32,000 bases of DNA from Candidatus Nitrospira inopinata (lineage in GTDB: Bacteria; Nitrospirota; Nitrospiria; Nitrospirales; Nitrospiraceae). The stretch spans positions 2,820,001 through 2,852,000 of the forward strand of contig NZ_LN885086.1 in NCBI RefSeq assembly GCF_001458695.1, given 5' to 3'. How positions within the stretch are numbered: the stretch's first letter is position 1; each line of letters starts with the position of its first letter. A program made the position numbers and the translations under genes. The notes beneath the pieces are model-generated. The model was not told the DNA's origin, searched no databases, and saw only the letters and a list, made by a program, of their open reading frames with translations. This document shows, piece by piece, positions 16,364 to 26,063 of the stretch.

Positions 16364-17068
16364 ATGAATTTGTCATGGCTTTCCAGAACCGCACTCGCGG
16401 CATGCTGTTTGATCGGAACCAGCGGCATGGCCCATGCCATTACCTGGACCTTTATCGGTTCGGGCGGCGAAGGCACGATCGGAAATTCTCGAACCTTTAC
16501 GGCAGAAGGAATAACCATTACGGCAACGGCCTGGAGCTATGATTCCCGCGCCGGTTTCCAGCAAGCCCGTTTGGGGCTTTGGTCCACCGGTCTTGGCGTG
16601 TGCAGTATCACGGAGCCCTGTGGAAATCCCTCTCATCAGGTCGATAACGCGGGACAGCACGAATACGTCCTTTTTCAATTCAGCGCGCCGATCGATCCTC
16701 TCAGCGTCCGAATCGATCCTTACGGCACCTACGATCGTGATGTTTCGTATTGGACCGGTAACATCACACTTCCGTCCGATCTTTTGGTCGGAGAAACCTA
16801 CTCCAGCCTGACCGGCCTTGGATTTTTTTCTCGCATCGATAACAACGGCACAGTGAGTTCAAATCCTCGAGACGTTCCCATCGTCTCGCCCGCGGTGAAT
16901 GCAATGCTCTTTGGGCCGCGCTATAACGGTGGGGGCGATGATTATTTCAAGATTACCAGTCTGACGGGAGTTGCCTCATCGGTTCCTGAACCTTCGTCGT
17001 GGCTTCTTTTGAGTCTTGGCCTGCTGGGCTGGGTCTGGTTGCAAACGAGGAAAGAATTCAGAGCCTGA
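16364..17068 (+). CDS. PEP-CTERM sorting-domain secreted protein
   Basis: N-terminal signal peptide. C-terminal VPEPSSWLLLSLGLLGWVWLQTRK = PEP motif + TM helix + basic tail. AAAGGAG RBS. Confidence 0.85.
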   Translation: MNLSWLSRTALAACCLIGTSGMAHAITWTFIGSGGEGTIGNSRTFTAEGITITATAWSYDSRAGFQQARLGLWSTGLGVCSITEPCGNPSHQVDNAGQHEYVLFQFSAPIDPLSVRIDPYGTYDRDVSYWTGNITLPSDLLVGETYSSLTGLGFFSRIDNNGTVSSNPRDVPIVSPAVNAMLFGPRYNGGGDDYFKITSLTGVASSVPEPSSWLLLSLGLLGWVWLQTRKEFRA

Positions 17069-17519
17069 CGTTTTCTTCAATCAGATTGACGGGATGGTGC
17101 CGACCGGATTTTTTAGAGCACCGGGCTGGCCGATCGTTAGTTCACCTCTCCGGTCAGCCCGTTGTTTCTCTATCAGAGATGATTCGATTGGACCCTATTC
17201 TCCCTGCATTTCACTTCTTGATGAGGTGTGCCGAATTTGCCGAATACAACCAGCCGCCCTCCGGCAGCCGATTCTTTTCCCCTCGTGGTGTGGCTTGCCC
17301 ATGCCTATGCCCGTAGATGGGTATGACATATCACTCTGGCGTTCCAAATGGCCTCTGGCGACCGCCTGACTGCGCCTTTTCTGGATCTTTCCGTCTTCCC
17401 ACGACGTAGAGGCCATTCTTTCCGTCGAGCGGACAGATCCGCCCCCCTGTCCATGAGAAACCATGACCAGCCGCCTGCCGCGCCAAACTCTCGTTTCGCA
17501 CGGCCAAAAACCGGGATCG

Positions 17520-17933
17520 TTATTTGGCCACCTTCAGCAGCCATCCGTCAGTGCGAGTGCAATCACTAGGCCCCTGAGCCGCGATTTCAATCCTCACAAA
17601 CGATCCGGTGGCAGCGGCAGGGAGCTTGCCCGTCACGAGCGAGCCGTTGGCTTGAGGCTTCACAGTGATGGGAACCTTTTCGCCTTTGATTGTCACCACG
17701 ATTGATCGTGGATTCGCTTCCTTAGAGGCAAAGAAAGAAAAATCCGACTGCGGCTTGATCTCTGTATTGTTCGTGTCGTACGAATATGGCTTAGGCGTGA
17801 ACTCGGAAAACGTGACCCGAGCGCACTGGTTCGAAACGTCGCCGCGAGGGCTCGGCTCATACGCCATGGCCTGGCCACCGATGTTGGACAGGGACAGTAT
17901 CAAAACGCTTCCCAAAAGATTTCGAACATCCAC
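17520..17933 (-). CDS. secreted hypothetical protein (137 aa)
   Basis: Signal-peptide-like N-terminus LLGSVLILSLSNIGGQAMA and two Cys. No family recognised. Confidence 0.55.
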   Translation of the reverse strand: MDVRNLLGSVLILSLSNIGGQAMAYEPSPRGDVSNQCARVTFSEFTPKPYSYDTNNTEIKPQSDFSFFASKEANPRSIVVTIKGEKVPITVKPQANGSLVTGKLPAAATGSFVRIEIAAQGPSDCTRTDGWLLKVAK

Positions 17934-18129
17934 AACCTCACCTCTCTTTGCTTATGAACAATAGACAATTGAAAGCACGGCCTCGCATCAACGCACCGCC
18001 GCTGTATTGTAGCCATGGAGCCGTAAAAAACAACCCCTCTGAGGTCTCCTACGCCGTCTCTTTGCCGGCGGACCCTAGGAAGACGATAAAACTTGAATCA
18101 CAACGGAACGCTCACCAAGGAGGCGTCAC

Positions 18130-18549
18130 ATGTCTACTCAGATTGCAATCGGACCCATCGTAAAAATCACAAAGACTGATGAGGAATGGAAGAAATCATT
18201 GTCTCCCGAGGCTTACCGGGTCCTCAGGCATGAAGATACCGAACGTCCGTTCGGCGACAACATGCACGACAACAAACGACCCGGCATCTACTATTGCGCA
18301 GGCTGCGATCTTCCCCTCTTTTCGTCCGACCATAAATTCGACAGCGGCACGGGCTGGCCGAGTTTTTGGCAACCGATTGACCCGCGAGTAGTCGAAACGC
18401 GCACGGACTTCAAACTGTTCATACCGCGCACTGAGGTCCATTGCGCCCGATGTGAAGGACATCTGGGGCATGTCTTCAAAGACGGTCCAAAACCGACGGG
18501 GTTGAGGTACTGCATTAACGGCGTGGCGTTAAAATTCGTCCCGTCATGA
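18130..18549 (+). CDS. msrB: peptide-methionine (R)-S-oxide reductase
   Basis: YYCAGCDLPLFSSDHKFDSGTGWPSFWQPI ... HCARCEGHLGHVFKDGPKPTGLRYCINGVAL: SelR/MsrB signature with both CxxC zinc pairs. Confidence 0.95.
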   Translation: MSTQIAIGPIVKITKTDEEWKKSLSPEAYRVLRHEDTERPFGDNMHDNKRPGIYYCAGCDLPLFSSDHKFDSGTGWPSFWQPIDPRVVETRTDFKLFIPRTEVHCARCEGHLGHVFKDGPKPTGLRYCINGVALKFVPS

Positions 18550-18706
18550 ACTCGGATCGGCGCTTTCTCTAACTCTAAAGCGAGGCGCTAACCGGGTAGG
18601 CAATCAGCGGAGAAAAGCGGCCGTTGAATCCTGCGACAAAATCGAATGAGAAAAGGCGGGGCCGACGGATCTGCCGTTCAACCAGAACGCAAGCGCTAAG
18701 AATGGT

Positions 18707-19273
18707 TTAAACAAAGAACCGTCGTACTGTGTCTTCCGGCACGCAGCCGATCAAAATGTCACCTCTGGGAGAGACAATGAGGGGGACTCCGCCGTGGCCC
18801 GTATCGCGCCAGGCACTGTCCCACGCGTAGGCAATTCTCAGACTGTCATCATCAAGAGTCCCGCCAAGATCACGACCGGCAAGCCCGTTCAACACCGTCG
18901 GATTGGAGATGTCTTTCCCTTCCTGCCAGAAAGCCCGATACGTCTCCCGAATAAATCTCATTCCAAGCTCATGATTCATGTGCAGCAGTGTGATGGCATA
19001 TTGAATAGCCGGCAGCGTATTTGGCTTCCCCGACGGCAACGAGATCGGCAAGGATGGCGCCAATCGCCGCACTACCGAGACTTCATGCCGCAACTCGACA
19101 CCCAATGCTCCATTCCAGGGTTTCATGGGACGAGGCAAATGGGGAGCATGTTGCACCCCTCTCCATTCGCAGCGGTCAATCAAGTTCAAGTCGTGCAACC
19201 GTTCGTGCAACGCGTAGCAGAATGGACAATTAAAATCGCTGTAGAGAAGAAACATCGTGTCGCCGTGATTCAT
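18707..19273 (-). CDS. DsbA-like thioredoxin-fold oxidoreductase
   Basis: FLLYSDFNCPFCYALHERL (CPFC active site) and DsbA-family length and pattern. An alternative start is ATG 19255. Confidence 0.7.
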   Translation of the reverse strand: MNHGDTMFLLYSDFNCPFCYALHERLHDLNLIDRCEWRGVQHAPHLPRPMKPWNGALGVELRHEVSVVRRLAPSLPISLPSGKPNTLPAIQYAITLLHMNHELGMRFIRETYRAFWQEGKDISNPTVLNGLAGRDLGGTLDDDSLRIAYAWDSAWRDTGHGGVPLIVSPRGDILIGCVPEDTVRRFFV

Positions 19274-19458
19274 AACGCCACCCTACCGAAAATGCATATC
19301 CCAACTTCACCGACCAGAACCAGCCCATCAGCGCCGCAATTCTGTTCGTTGTGATTCATCCTTTTCGGCTGCGCTTAGTCAATTTCTGCTACACTCAACA
19401 CAGTAACCCGTTGCAATGCCACAGTTAGCGGACACGTTAAGCTGATGGGAGTCGCAAC

Positions 19459-19812
19459 ATGATCTCCGCCATTCATATCGCCCTATCCGGCTTGAGTGCT
19501 TTCATGAAACAATTAAACGTTTCAGCTCATAACCTTGCCAACGTAAACACCGACGGCTTTAAAAGATCGGAAACGAGTTTCACCGAAACACTAAGTGGGG
19601 GGGTATTGCCTATCATCCGGAAAGACAATTCCTCGGGACCGACCGTGCTGAGAAACTCGTCGCAAGGCTTTGTGCCGATCGAAATCTCCAACGTGGACAT
19701 TGGGACGGAACTCGTCAATCAGATGATCGCACAAAGAGGATTTGAGGCCAACCTGCGAACGATGAAAACTGCGGACGACATGTTGGGAAGTATTCTTGAC
19801 ACGAGGAAGTGA
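19459..19812 (+). CDS. flagellar basal-body rod protein-like (FlgC/FlgG-type N- and C-terminal helices only, 117 aa)
   Basis: N-terminus LSGLSAFMKQLNVSAHNLANVNTDGFKR (rod N-terminal motif NLANVNT.GFK). C-terminus SNVDIGTELVNQMIAQRGFEANLRTMKTADDMLGSIL (rod C-terminal domain). Confidence 0.65.
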   Translation: MISAIHIALSGLSAFMKQLNVSAHNLANVNTDGFKRSETSFTETLSGGVLPIIRKDNSSGPTVLRNSSQGFVPIEISNVDIGTELVNQMIAQRGFEANLRTMKTADDMLGSILDTRK

Positions 19813-19933
19813 ACCTCCGCCCCACACCTATAACTGTAACCTGGATACCGTTTTCAACCTTCTACCAAAACCGCAGAGGAAGCAATCCACCCTCGTCCTT
19901 TTGGATGTCTGGGATCAAAAAATGAACTATAAA

Positions 19934-19970
19934 GAAAGGCCGAACCCCTTCATGAGGGATTCGGCCTTTC
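19934..19970. terminator. hairpin between convergent genes (possible bidirectional intrinsic terminator)
   Basis: GAAAGGCCGAA / TTCGGCCTTTC 11-bp perfect arms around a 15-nt loop that can pair further (CCCT/AGGG). It lies between the rod-like gene (+) and the porin (-). Confidence 0.5.
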
Positions 19971-20005
19971 ACAAAACCCAGTGATGTTTAAGTCACACGT
20001 CTCTC

Positions 20006-21313
20006 TTAGTACTGCAACTGCAAGGCGACATGGAACGAATCCGCCTTATCTCCCTGGGCACTTCTCGAATAGTCCGCAGCCTTGGTGCGAAGATCGCCAT
20101 AGGTATAGAAGAACGCAACCCTGGCGTTATGCCCATCGATGACGTAGTTCACACCACCTTCCCACTCCTGACGGGAAGCGCTCTCAAGTGGGTTGACGGC
20201 AGTGTACCGCATGTAGGGCTGGAACCGGCCGACACCGATCTTCGCAGGAATCAAGTACAACCCCTGCACGGACCAGGAATGGCCGCTGAACACGCAGAAG
20301 CAAGTTCCGCCAAACGTTCCAGTATCAAACGCCGCTTGGGCATAACGGGCCCACTGCCGTCGAAAATCACCGTTGAACGTAAACACGCCCATGTTGTTCG
20401 GAATGAGCTTTTCCACCATGATGTCAACGCCGAAGCTGGTGACATCGCTCACGCCCCATGGCGCAGCAACGTTACCGGCGCCATCCTTCTGATGTTGACC
20501 GGACAAACCGACCGCGATGATGTCCCCGGCCGTCCCGTAGTAGGTGCCAGCCGTGTAATAGCCTGACATGGGTTCATCATTCAGAAGGTTCAACTGCACA
20601 CGGCCAGTGTACATCAAGCTGTTGCCAATGTTCGCCCCACTCCGCAACCCCTGCGATACGGCCAAGGCATAGAGGAGGTGAACCCCGCCTGGATGAACCT
20701 TCCCCCAGATGGTCGCCGCATTGTCACGACCATAGAGTCCGGCGCCGCTATCGAAATTCGCGCTAAATACAGCCGGCGTGCCAGCTCCACGCAACCCAGC
20801 ATAGCTTGCCGTAAAGAAGGCATTGTTCAAAGTATTCCGATCGGTGGGAAGCAACATGCGGCCGACCCAGAGATTCAGGTGCTCGTTGATCTCAATCTTT
20901 CCGATCGCATCCAACAAGCCGATGGACGAATTGCCGCCGAAACTTCCTGTTCCAGCAGAATTCGTTGCGAAGTAATTCCCGTCTCCATTAGAAAATCTGT
21001 TGGCCCCAACGCTACAGTTAAAACAGTCCGTCGTGACCTCGAAGCCGATGTTCTTGTGGACCTTGCCGTTGATGTAAATACGAGCATTGTCCACCGTGAA
21101 TTCGTTGCTGTAGTGGCCGCCCGGCGAGGCGCCTTCTACTGCATTGAAGCTGGTTCGGAGCCCCATGCCGATGGAGATCCACTTGTCGTCATCGGCCTTG
21201 ATTACACCGGCGGCATTGGCCGCTGGCGGCGTGGACATCGTCCCAGCCACCAGTGCCACTGCGGCGCCGGCAACCATAAACTTCTTCCACAACCCTGTCG
21301 CATCAACCTTCAT
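20006..21313 (-). CDS. outer-membrane beta-barrel porin
   Basis: Signal peptide ...PPAANAAG, alternating beta-strand pattern, Gly/Asn/Tyr rich, C-terminal ...FHVALQLQY (terminal aromatic). Confidence 0.75.
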   Translation of the reverse strand: MKVDATGLWKKFMVAGAAVALVAGTMSTPPAANAAGVIKADDDKWISIGMGLRTSFNAVEGASPGGHYSNEFTVDNARIYINGKVHKNIGFEVTTDCFNCSVGANRFSNGDGNYFATNSAGTGSFGGNSSIGLLDAIGKIEINEHLNLWVGRMLLPTDRNTLNNAFFTASYAGLRGAGTPAVFSANFDSGAGLYGRDNAATIWGKVHPGGVHLLYALAVSQGLRSGANIGNSLMYTGRVQLNLLNDEPMSGYYTAGTYYGTAGDIIAVGLSGQHQKDGAGNVAAPWGVSDVTSFGVDIMVEKLIPNNMGVFTFNGDFRRQWARYAQAAFDTGTFGGTCFCVFSGHSWSVQGLYLIPAKIGVGRFQPYMRYTAVNPLESASRQEWEGGVNYVIDGHNARVAFFYTYGDLRTKAADYSRSAQGDKADSFHVALQLQY

Positions 21314-21552
21314 CGTGACTGCCTCCCTTCTATAAATGAAAGTGCCGACTGTCCTCTCACATTTCGCCCATTTCTTCCACCATACTCCCCCATCGACGAC
21401 TTAACTTCGAATTCGCAAGACCGGCAGAAGAGATCAAAAACGTCGGGAGTATGCCTAAATCAAAAGAGGATAGCAAGAAAAATCTTTCGCCCCAGACATC
21501 TATCTCGGATGTCTCAGCTCCATCATTTTCATCAGCCCGTCAGCCGGATTTT

Positions 21553-22191
21553 TCAAACCTTGTTGGGCTGTGGAGTGTACCGCAGATAGGGCTTCACTGT
21601 CTTGAACCCTTTGGGGAACAGCGCTTTGGCCTCATTGTCATCCACGGCCGGCGTAATAATGCAATCTTCCCCGTCTTTCCAATTGGCCGGCGTTGCCACT
21701 TTATATTGTGACGTTAATTGCAAAGAGTCGATCACGCGGAGCAATTCGTCAAAATTCCGCCCGCACGACGCGGGATACGTCAAAGTAAGCTTCACCTTTT
21801 TATCCGGCCCGATGATAAAGACCGAGCGCACCGTCATGTTGTCAATGGCGTTCGGATGGATCATGTCGTACAGAGTGGCAACTTTCTTATCCGGATCGGC
21901 AATGATGGGATAATTCACTGTCGTCCGTTGTGTCTCGTTAATGTCATTGATCCACCCATGATGAGAATCAAGGGGATCGACGCTAATGGCAATGACCTTC
22001 ACGCCCCGTCGCTTCAACTCCGGCATAATTTTGGCCACGGTTCCCAACTCCGTTGTACAGACCGGCGTGAAATCTTTCGGATGGGAGAACAAAATGCCCC
22101 AGCTATTGCCGAGCCATTCATGAAAATTAATCGTTCCTTCCGTCGTCTCAGCCGTAAAATTCGGCGCTTCGTCTCCTAATCGTATGGCCAT
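21553..22191 (-). CDS. 1-Cys peroxiredoxin (Prx6 subfamily)
   Basis: GDEAPNFTAETTEGTINFHEWLGNSWGILFSHPKDFTPVCTTELG: PVCTTE peroxidatic Cys context, 212 aa. Confidence 0.9.
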   Translation of the reverse strand: MAIRLGDEAPNFTAETTEGTINFHEWLGNSWGILFSHPKDFTPVCTTELGTVAKIMPELKRRGVKVIAISVDPLDSHHGWINDINETQRTTVNYPIIADPDKKVATLYDMIHPNAIDNMTVRSVFIIGPDKKVKLTLTYPASCGRNFDELLRVIDSLQLTSQYKVATPANWKDGEDCIITPAVDDNEAKALFPKGFKTVKPYLRYTPQPNKV

Positions 22192-22234
22192 GGTTCCCTC
22201 CTTATGCTTCTAACACTTATATGTGTCCATAAAT

Positions 22235-22255
22235 ATGATCGTGAAAATGATCGTG
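22235..22255. promoter_or_regulatory. 9-bp direct repeat ATGATCGTG-AAA-ATGATCGTG upstream of the peroxiredoxin gene
   Basis: Exact repeat 44-64 bp upstream of ATG 22191 in an AT-rich tract, overlapping a possible -35 region (minus strand TTCACG-18-TATAAG). Confidence 0.25.
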
Positions 22256-22502
22256 CGTACTTGTTCGGCCATGCCCGCCGCTACGATACTGCGCCCCAGA
22301 CAAGAGTGCAAGGGGCTTCATGAGGGCCCCGTTCCGTCCCGTACAATAAAAACAATGAGGTAGACGTGATGGAGAAAGGCTCCCTCGGTCGGTCATGCCG
22401 CCTTCACGCATCAATCAAGGTTTTCCGCTCTCCAGCCGATAAAACCGTTGGCACAAGCCCCTAATCGGATAACCGGTTTCATAAAACAGGAAGGGAATTT
22501 TT

Positions 22503-22871
22503 ATGGCTACGACGAACGTCGCTCAATCCAAGCTTCGTATTCCAACCAATGATCCCATGTATCGACTGCTCCGCGAAGGGTGCATTAAAGAGTTCAACAC
22601 TAGGAAAGCCGCGGGAGAAAAGTGCGATTTCCGGGGGTGCGATCTCCGGGGACTAGATTTTCGGGGGTTGGACGCGGACGGTCTTGATTTCCGCGACTGC
22701 TACTTTCGGCAAAGCGACCTGCGCGGCGTCGATTTCAGCAGGGCCAACCTTGAAGGCGCCAGCATCAACGCATGTCAGATCTCCGGTTGCCTTTTTCCGT
22801 CCGAGCTGAGCGCATCCGAGATTGAATTGTCTCTTTTGCACGGCACGAGGATGCGATACGGCACGAAATAA
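22503..22871 (+). CDS. pentapeptide repeat protein
   Basis: CDFRGCDLRGLDFRGLDADGLDFRDCYFRQSDLRGVDFSRANLEGASI: A(D/N)LXX-type pentapeptide periodicity. Confidence 0.85.
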   Translation: MATTNVAQSKLRIPTNDPMYRLLREGCIKEFNTRKAAGEKCDFRGCDLRGLDFRGLDADGLDFRDCYFRQSDLRGVDFSRANLEGASINACQISGCLFPSELSASEIELSLLHGTRMRYGTK

Positions 22872-22907
22872 CGAGGCGAGTGAAGCCGACCTCGCCCCAT
22901 CCACCAT

Positions 22908-25865
22908 TCACGATCCAGCCGTCAGCCCCAACTGTGTCCGCACCTGTTCGTGACCGGGTTCGGCCATCCCGACATCGGTCAGAAACACCCGCTCGATGCC
23001 GAGCTTGCCGCTTTCCAACAGTCGATTCCGCACCACGTCCGCCCGCTGCCTGGCCAATGACTCCAATTCGGCATCGGCCACCGGGATCTCCGCCATCACC
23101 CGCTGTTTCATCTCCTCGAACGTCGGAGCCGGTCGCCCTTCCGTTTTCGCTTGCTCCGCCGATTGATTCGCTTCCCGCAACGGCAGCTTCGTAAACCATT
23201 TGGCCACCAGCCGCTGTTCATCTTCAGCGGACAGTTCCTCTTCTTTCCCGGTGCTTCCAAACTCCTGCCGTTTCATCGCCAGAAGCCGTTCCCTCAGCTT
23301 CCTCGCGCGCACCGCCTCTCGATCAGCGACGGAATCAAAGGTCCCCTTGATGTCGAGCATGAGGCCGGCCCGCTCATTCAACGCCGTTTCCAGCGCGTCA
23401 AGCTTGGCTGTTTCTTCCGGCGTCAATGCCGTGCTGCCTGGCGCAAACGCGATAAACTGAAGGTCCTCCTCACTTCCACCCGGCAACAACTTTCCCAACA
23501 AGGTAAAGGGTGAAGCCGCGATCTTGCCCAGCAGGTTCAGCAACGTTGAAATGATGACTTTTCCGTATTTGAAATCCGGATCGTCCAGATTGCCGCGGAT
23601 CGGCAAATCGATTTCGATCAGGCCTTTGCGGTCTTGCAGCAGCGCCACCAACAAGGGAACGGGAAGCGAGGTGGCATCGGGACTCTCGACCTTTTGGCCG
23701 AACGTCAATTGATCGACCACGACCAAATTTTCCGCTTCGAGCACCTTTTGGGAGACCTTATATTTCAAGTCGAGCGACAGCTTGCCCTTCGACAAGACGT
23801 ATCCCGCGTACTTGCCGCTGTACGGACTGGCAGGCGTCAAATCCATGCCCCCCAAGGTGACCACCAAATCGGTAAAGGCATCTTCGCTCAGCGGATTAAT
23901 CTTGCCGGCAATTTTGAGCGGCGCGGCTCCGTCGACCCGACCGGTCAGATCCACGTCCGCTTTTTTGATCTGTTTGGACGATAACCCTTTGATGGTCCCG
24001 CTCAATCCCGCAAGGCCGGTTCTCACCGACGGTTCGATTGATACATCTCGGAACACCGCCGACGCTTTGACCACTTTCACCTGATCAATGGCGATCGACG
24101 GTTGAGCCGAGTGGGCCGGTGTCCCACCTTTCTTCTGGCCGGGCGCCTCCTGCGAATCGTCAGACTTCGACTGAACAACAAGATGCGACAGATTCAACGT
24201 GCCGTCCGATTCAAGAACGGCCTGGACGGCCGGCTCCTGCAACACAATCTCGCCGATCGTGACCGCCGTGGGCTCGACGTCCAGCGCAACACGATTCACG
24301 TTCAGCGCCTTCCACGAGAGCACCTCCTCGAATTCTTTGCGATCCGAAATCACAAGACGATCGATTCCGACGTCTCCCCGAAATCGAAGCAGCGGCTCCT
24401 TGGAGCGGATCGCGGCGTAGCGAACCGTGCCGGCCAGATTGATCGCGCCGTCGCGGACGTCCACGTTCAGAAACCGGTCCAAATAGGCTTGGAACGGCCT
24501 GATGCCGATGTTCTTGAGCGCCACCGCCGCGTCGGCCCTTAGGGGTTCCACCGCCACCTCCCCTTTGACGGTGATGGTTCCCGTCTGGTTGAGCGTCAGT
24601 GAGAGATCAATCGGCAGCGCCTGTTTGAATGGAATACGAATTTCTTTCACCGTGACGTTCAGATCCCCGACATCGATATACTGAGGTCTGGCCAAGGTCC
24701 GATCTTCAAAGGCCGCGCCGTAATTCCAGAGTTCAAACTCACCGATGGACACATTCCAGGATTGATCCGACCGTTGATCGGATGTCTGTCCTTGGGCGGG
24801 AGTCGGCGGAGGAGCCGGCGCGTTTCCGACCGCCGGCGCAAACAGTTGTTGCAGGTTCACCGTCCCGTCCGGATTGAGCCACGCCATCACATAAGCGTCA
24901 GCAGAACGGATGGCGGCAATCTCCACGGCCTGTTTGCCCAGATCAAGATCAAACCCTTCGACCTCGAAAAGCGGAACCTTCACAAGAGACTCAGGGAAGC
25001 CCCGTTCTCCCAGAGCCAAATGCTGGATGCGCAGGTGCCCATCCTTAACTGTGACACTGGGAGCTTGGCCGCGCAAATCGGCGTGATACTTAGCCGACAA
25101 GGCAATCTCGCCATCCTGTACGTCAAAGCGAAACCGATCTTGCACCGCCTGATAGAGTGTGCCGACCCTGACCCCCGACAAATTCAGCTTGCCGTCGGAC
25201 TCCAACGGCTCGAGCGACACGGTGCCCTCCCAGGCCAATGACTCCCCTTTGCCGATTTCGGCGGTAAAGGCGTAGGCGTTATGGCTTCCTTGGATGGTGC
25301 TGAAGTTGCGCAAGGTGATATGGATCGGGACAATGTCCATCGACACGGGCCTGGGCTTCGATTCGTCCCGATATTCCACGACGCCTTTGTTGATTTCGAG
25401 CAGCCCGATTTCCACCGGCATCGCTTTTTTGGGTTTCGCCTCCGACGGTTGGACTGAAGCCGCGCCGGTATCGCTCTCCGATGGAGGCGCCAGCGCCAAT
25501 AGGTTGAGTTTGCCGTCGCGATTCACCTTGGCAGCCACAAACGGCATCATCAACCGGATTTCATCAAACCCCAGCTTCTGTCCCAGCAAGGTGGTAGCGC
25601 GAAGATCGACGACCAATTCGTCGAATCCGATCATCGGAGTTTGATCGGATTCCCGGACTTCCAGCCCTTTTAATCTGAGAGCAAGGATAAAGGGATTGAA
25701 CGAGGCCTCTCGCAAGACCACGGGATGCTTCAACTGCTCGGCGGCGGCCGGCACCCCATATGCTTTGATGAGATAGGGCAACAGAACAAATCCGGCAAGC
25801 GCGTAGAGCCCGACCAGCCCCAGAGCCAGTCCGACCAAGAAGGGGGGACGAAGAAATCGGCGCAT
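22908..25865 (-). CDS. DUF748 domain / AsmA-like large envelope protein (985 aa)
   Basis: N-terminal TM helix followed by VPAAAEQLKHPVVLREASFNPFILALRLKGLEV... repeated beta-rich modules, typical of DUF748/AsmA-like proteins. Confidence 0.75.
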   Translation of the reverse strand: MRRFLRPPFLVGLALGLVGLYALAGFVLLPYLIKAYGVPAAAEQLKHPVVLREASFNPFILALRLKGLEVRESDQTPMIGFDELVVDLRATTLLGQKLGFDEIRLMMPFVAAKVNRDGKLNLLALAPPSESDTGAASVQPSEAKPKKAMPVEIGLLEINKGVVEYRDESKPRPVSMDIVPIHITLRNFSTIQGSHNAYAFTAEIGKGESLAWEGTVSLEPLESDGKLNLSGVRVGTLYQAVQDRFRFDVQDGEIALSAKYHADLRGQAPSVTVKDGHLRIQHLALGERGFPESLVKVPLFEVEGFDLDLGKQAVEIAAIRSADAYVMAWLNPDGTVNLQQLFAPAVGNAPAPPPTPAQGQTSDQRSDQSWNVSIGEFELWNYGAAFEDRTLARPQYIDVGDLNVTVKEIRIPFKQALPIDLSLTLNQTGTITVKGEVAVEPLRADAAVALKNIGIRPFQAYLDRFLNVDVRDGAINLAGTVRYAAIRSKEPLLRFRGDVGIDRLVISDRKEFEEVLSWKALNVNRVALDVEPTAVTIGEIVLQEPAVQAVLESDGTLNLSHLVVQSKSDDSQEAPGQKKGGTPAHSAQPSIAIDQVKVVKASAVFRDVSIEPSVRTGLAGLSGTIKGLSSKQIKKADVDLTGRVDGAAPLKIAGKINPLSEDAFTDLVVTLGGMDLTPASPYSGKYAGYVLSKGKLSLDLKYKVSQKVLEAENLVVVDQLTFGQKVESPDATSLPVPLLVALLQDRKGLIEIDLPIRGNLDDPDFKYGKVIISTLLNLLGKIAASPFTLLGKLLPGGSEEDLQFIAFAPGSTALTPEETAKLDALETALNERAGLMLDIKGTFDSVADREAVRARKLRERLLAMKRQEFGSTGKEEELSAEDEQRLVAKWFTKLPLREANQSAEQAKTEGRPAPTFEEMKQRVMAEIPVADAELESLARQRADVVRNRLLESGKLGIERVFLTDVGMAEPGHEQVRTQLGLTAGS

Positions 25866-25947
25866 AAGACATCGACCCTGGGTGAAGGAGACAACCAGGA
25901 CAAAACTATAGGGAAGACTCCCCTCCGATGTCCACGGGGAAATGACT

Positions 25948-25969
25948 GATTCTCTATTGATTCTCTATT
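25948..25969 (+). repeat. tandem 11-mer GATTCTCTATT x2
   Basis: Exact tandem duplication, ~95 bp from the tRNA-fragment repeat. Confidence 0.8.
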
Positions 25970-26063
25970 CCCCCATCGACATTCCCCACTCGACCTGTGT
26001 CAGCACGCCGCACCCGGGCAAGCAATGGATCACGCGGAGGAGTCGAACAAGCTTGGCGTGGGA

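Noticed and set aside
22217-22414. 65-aa His-rich ORF immediately upstream of the peroxiredoxin gene.
   Set aside because: It has no RBS and odd composition, and it overlaps the AT-rich promoter region. It is more likely non-coding regulatory DNA.
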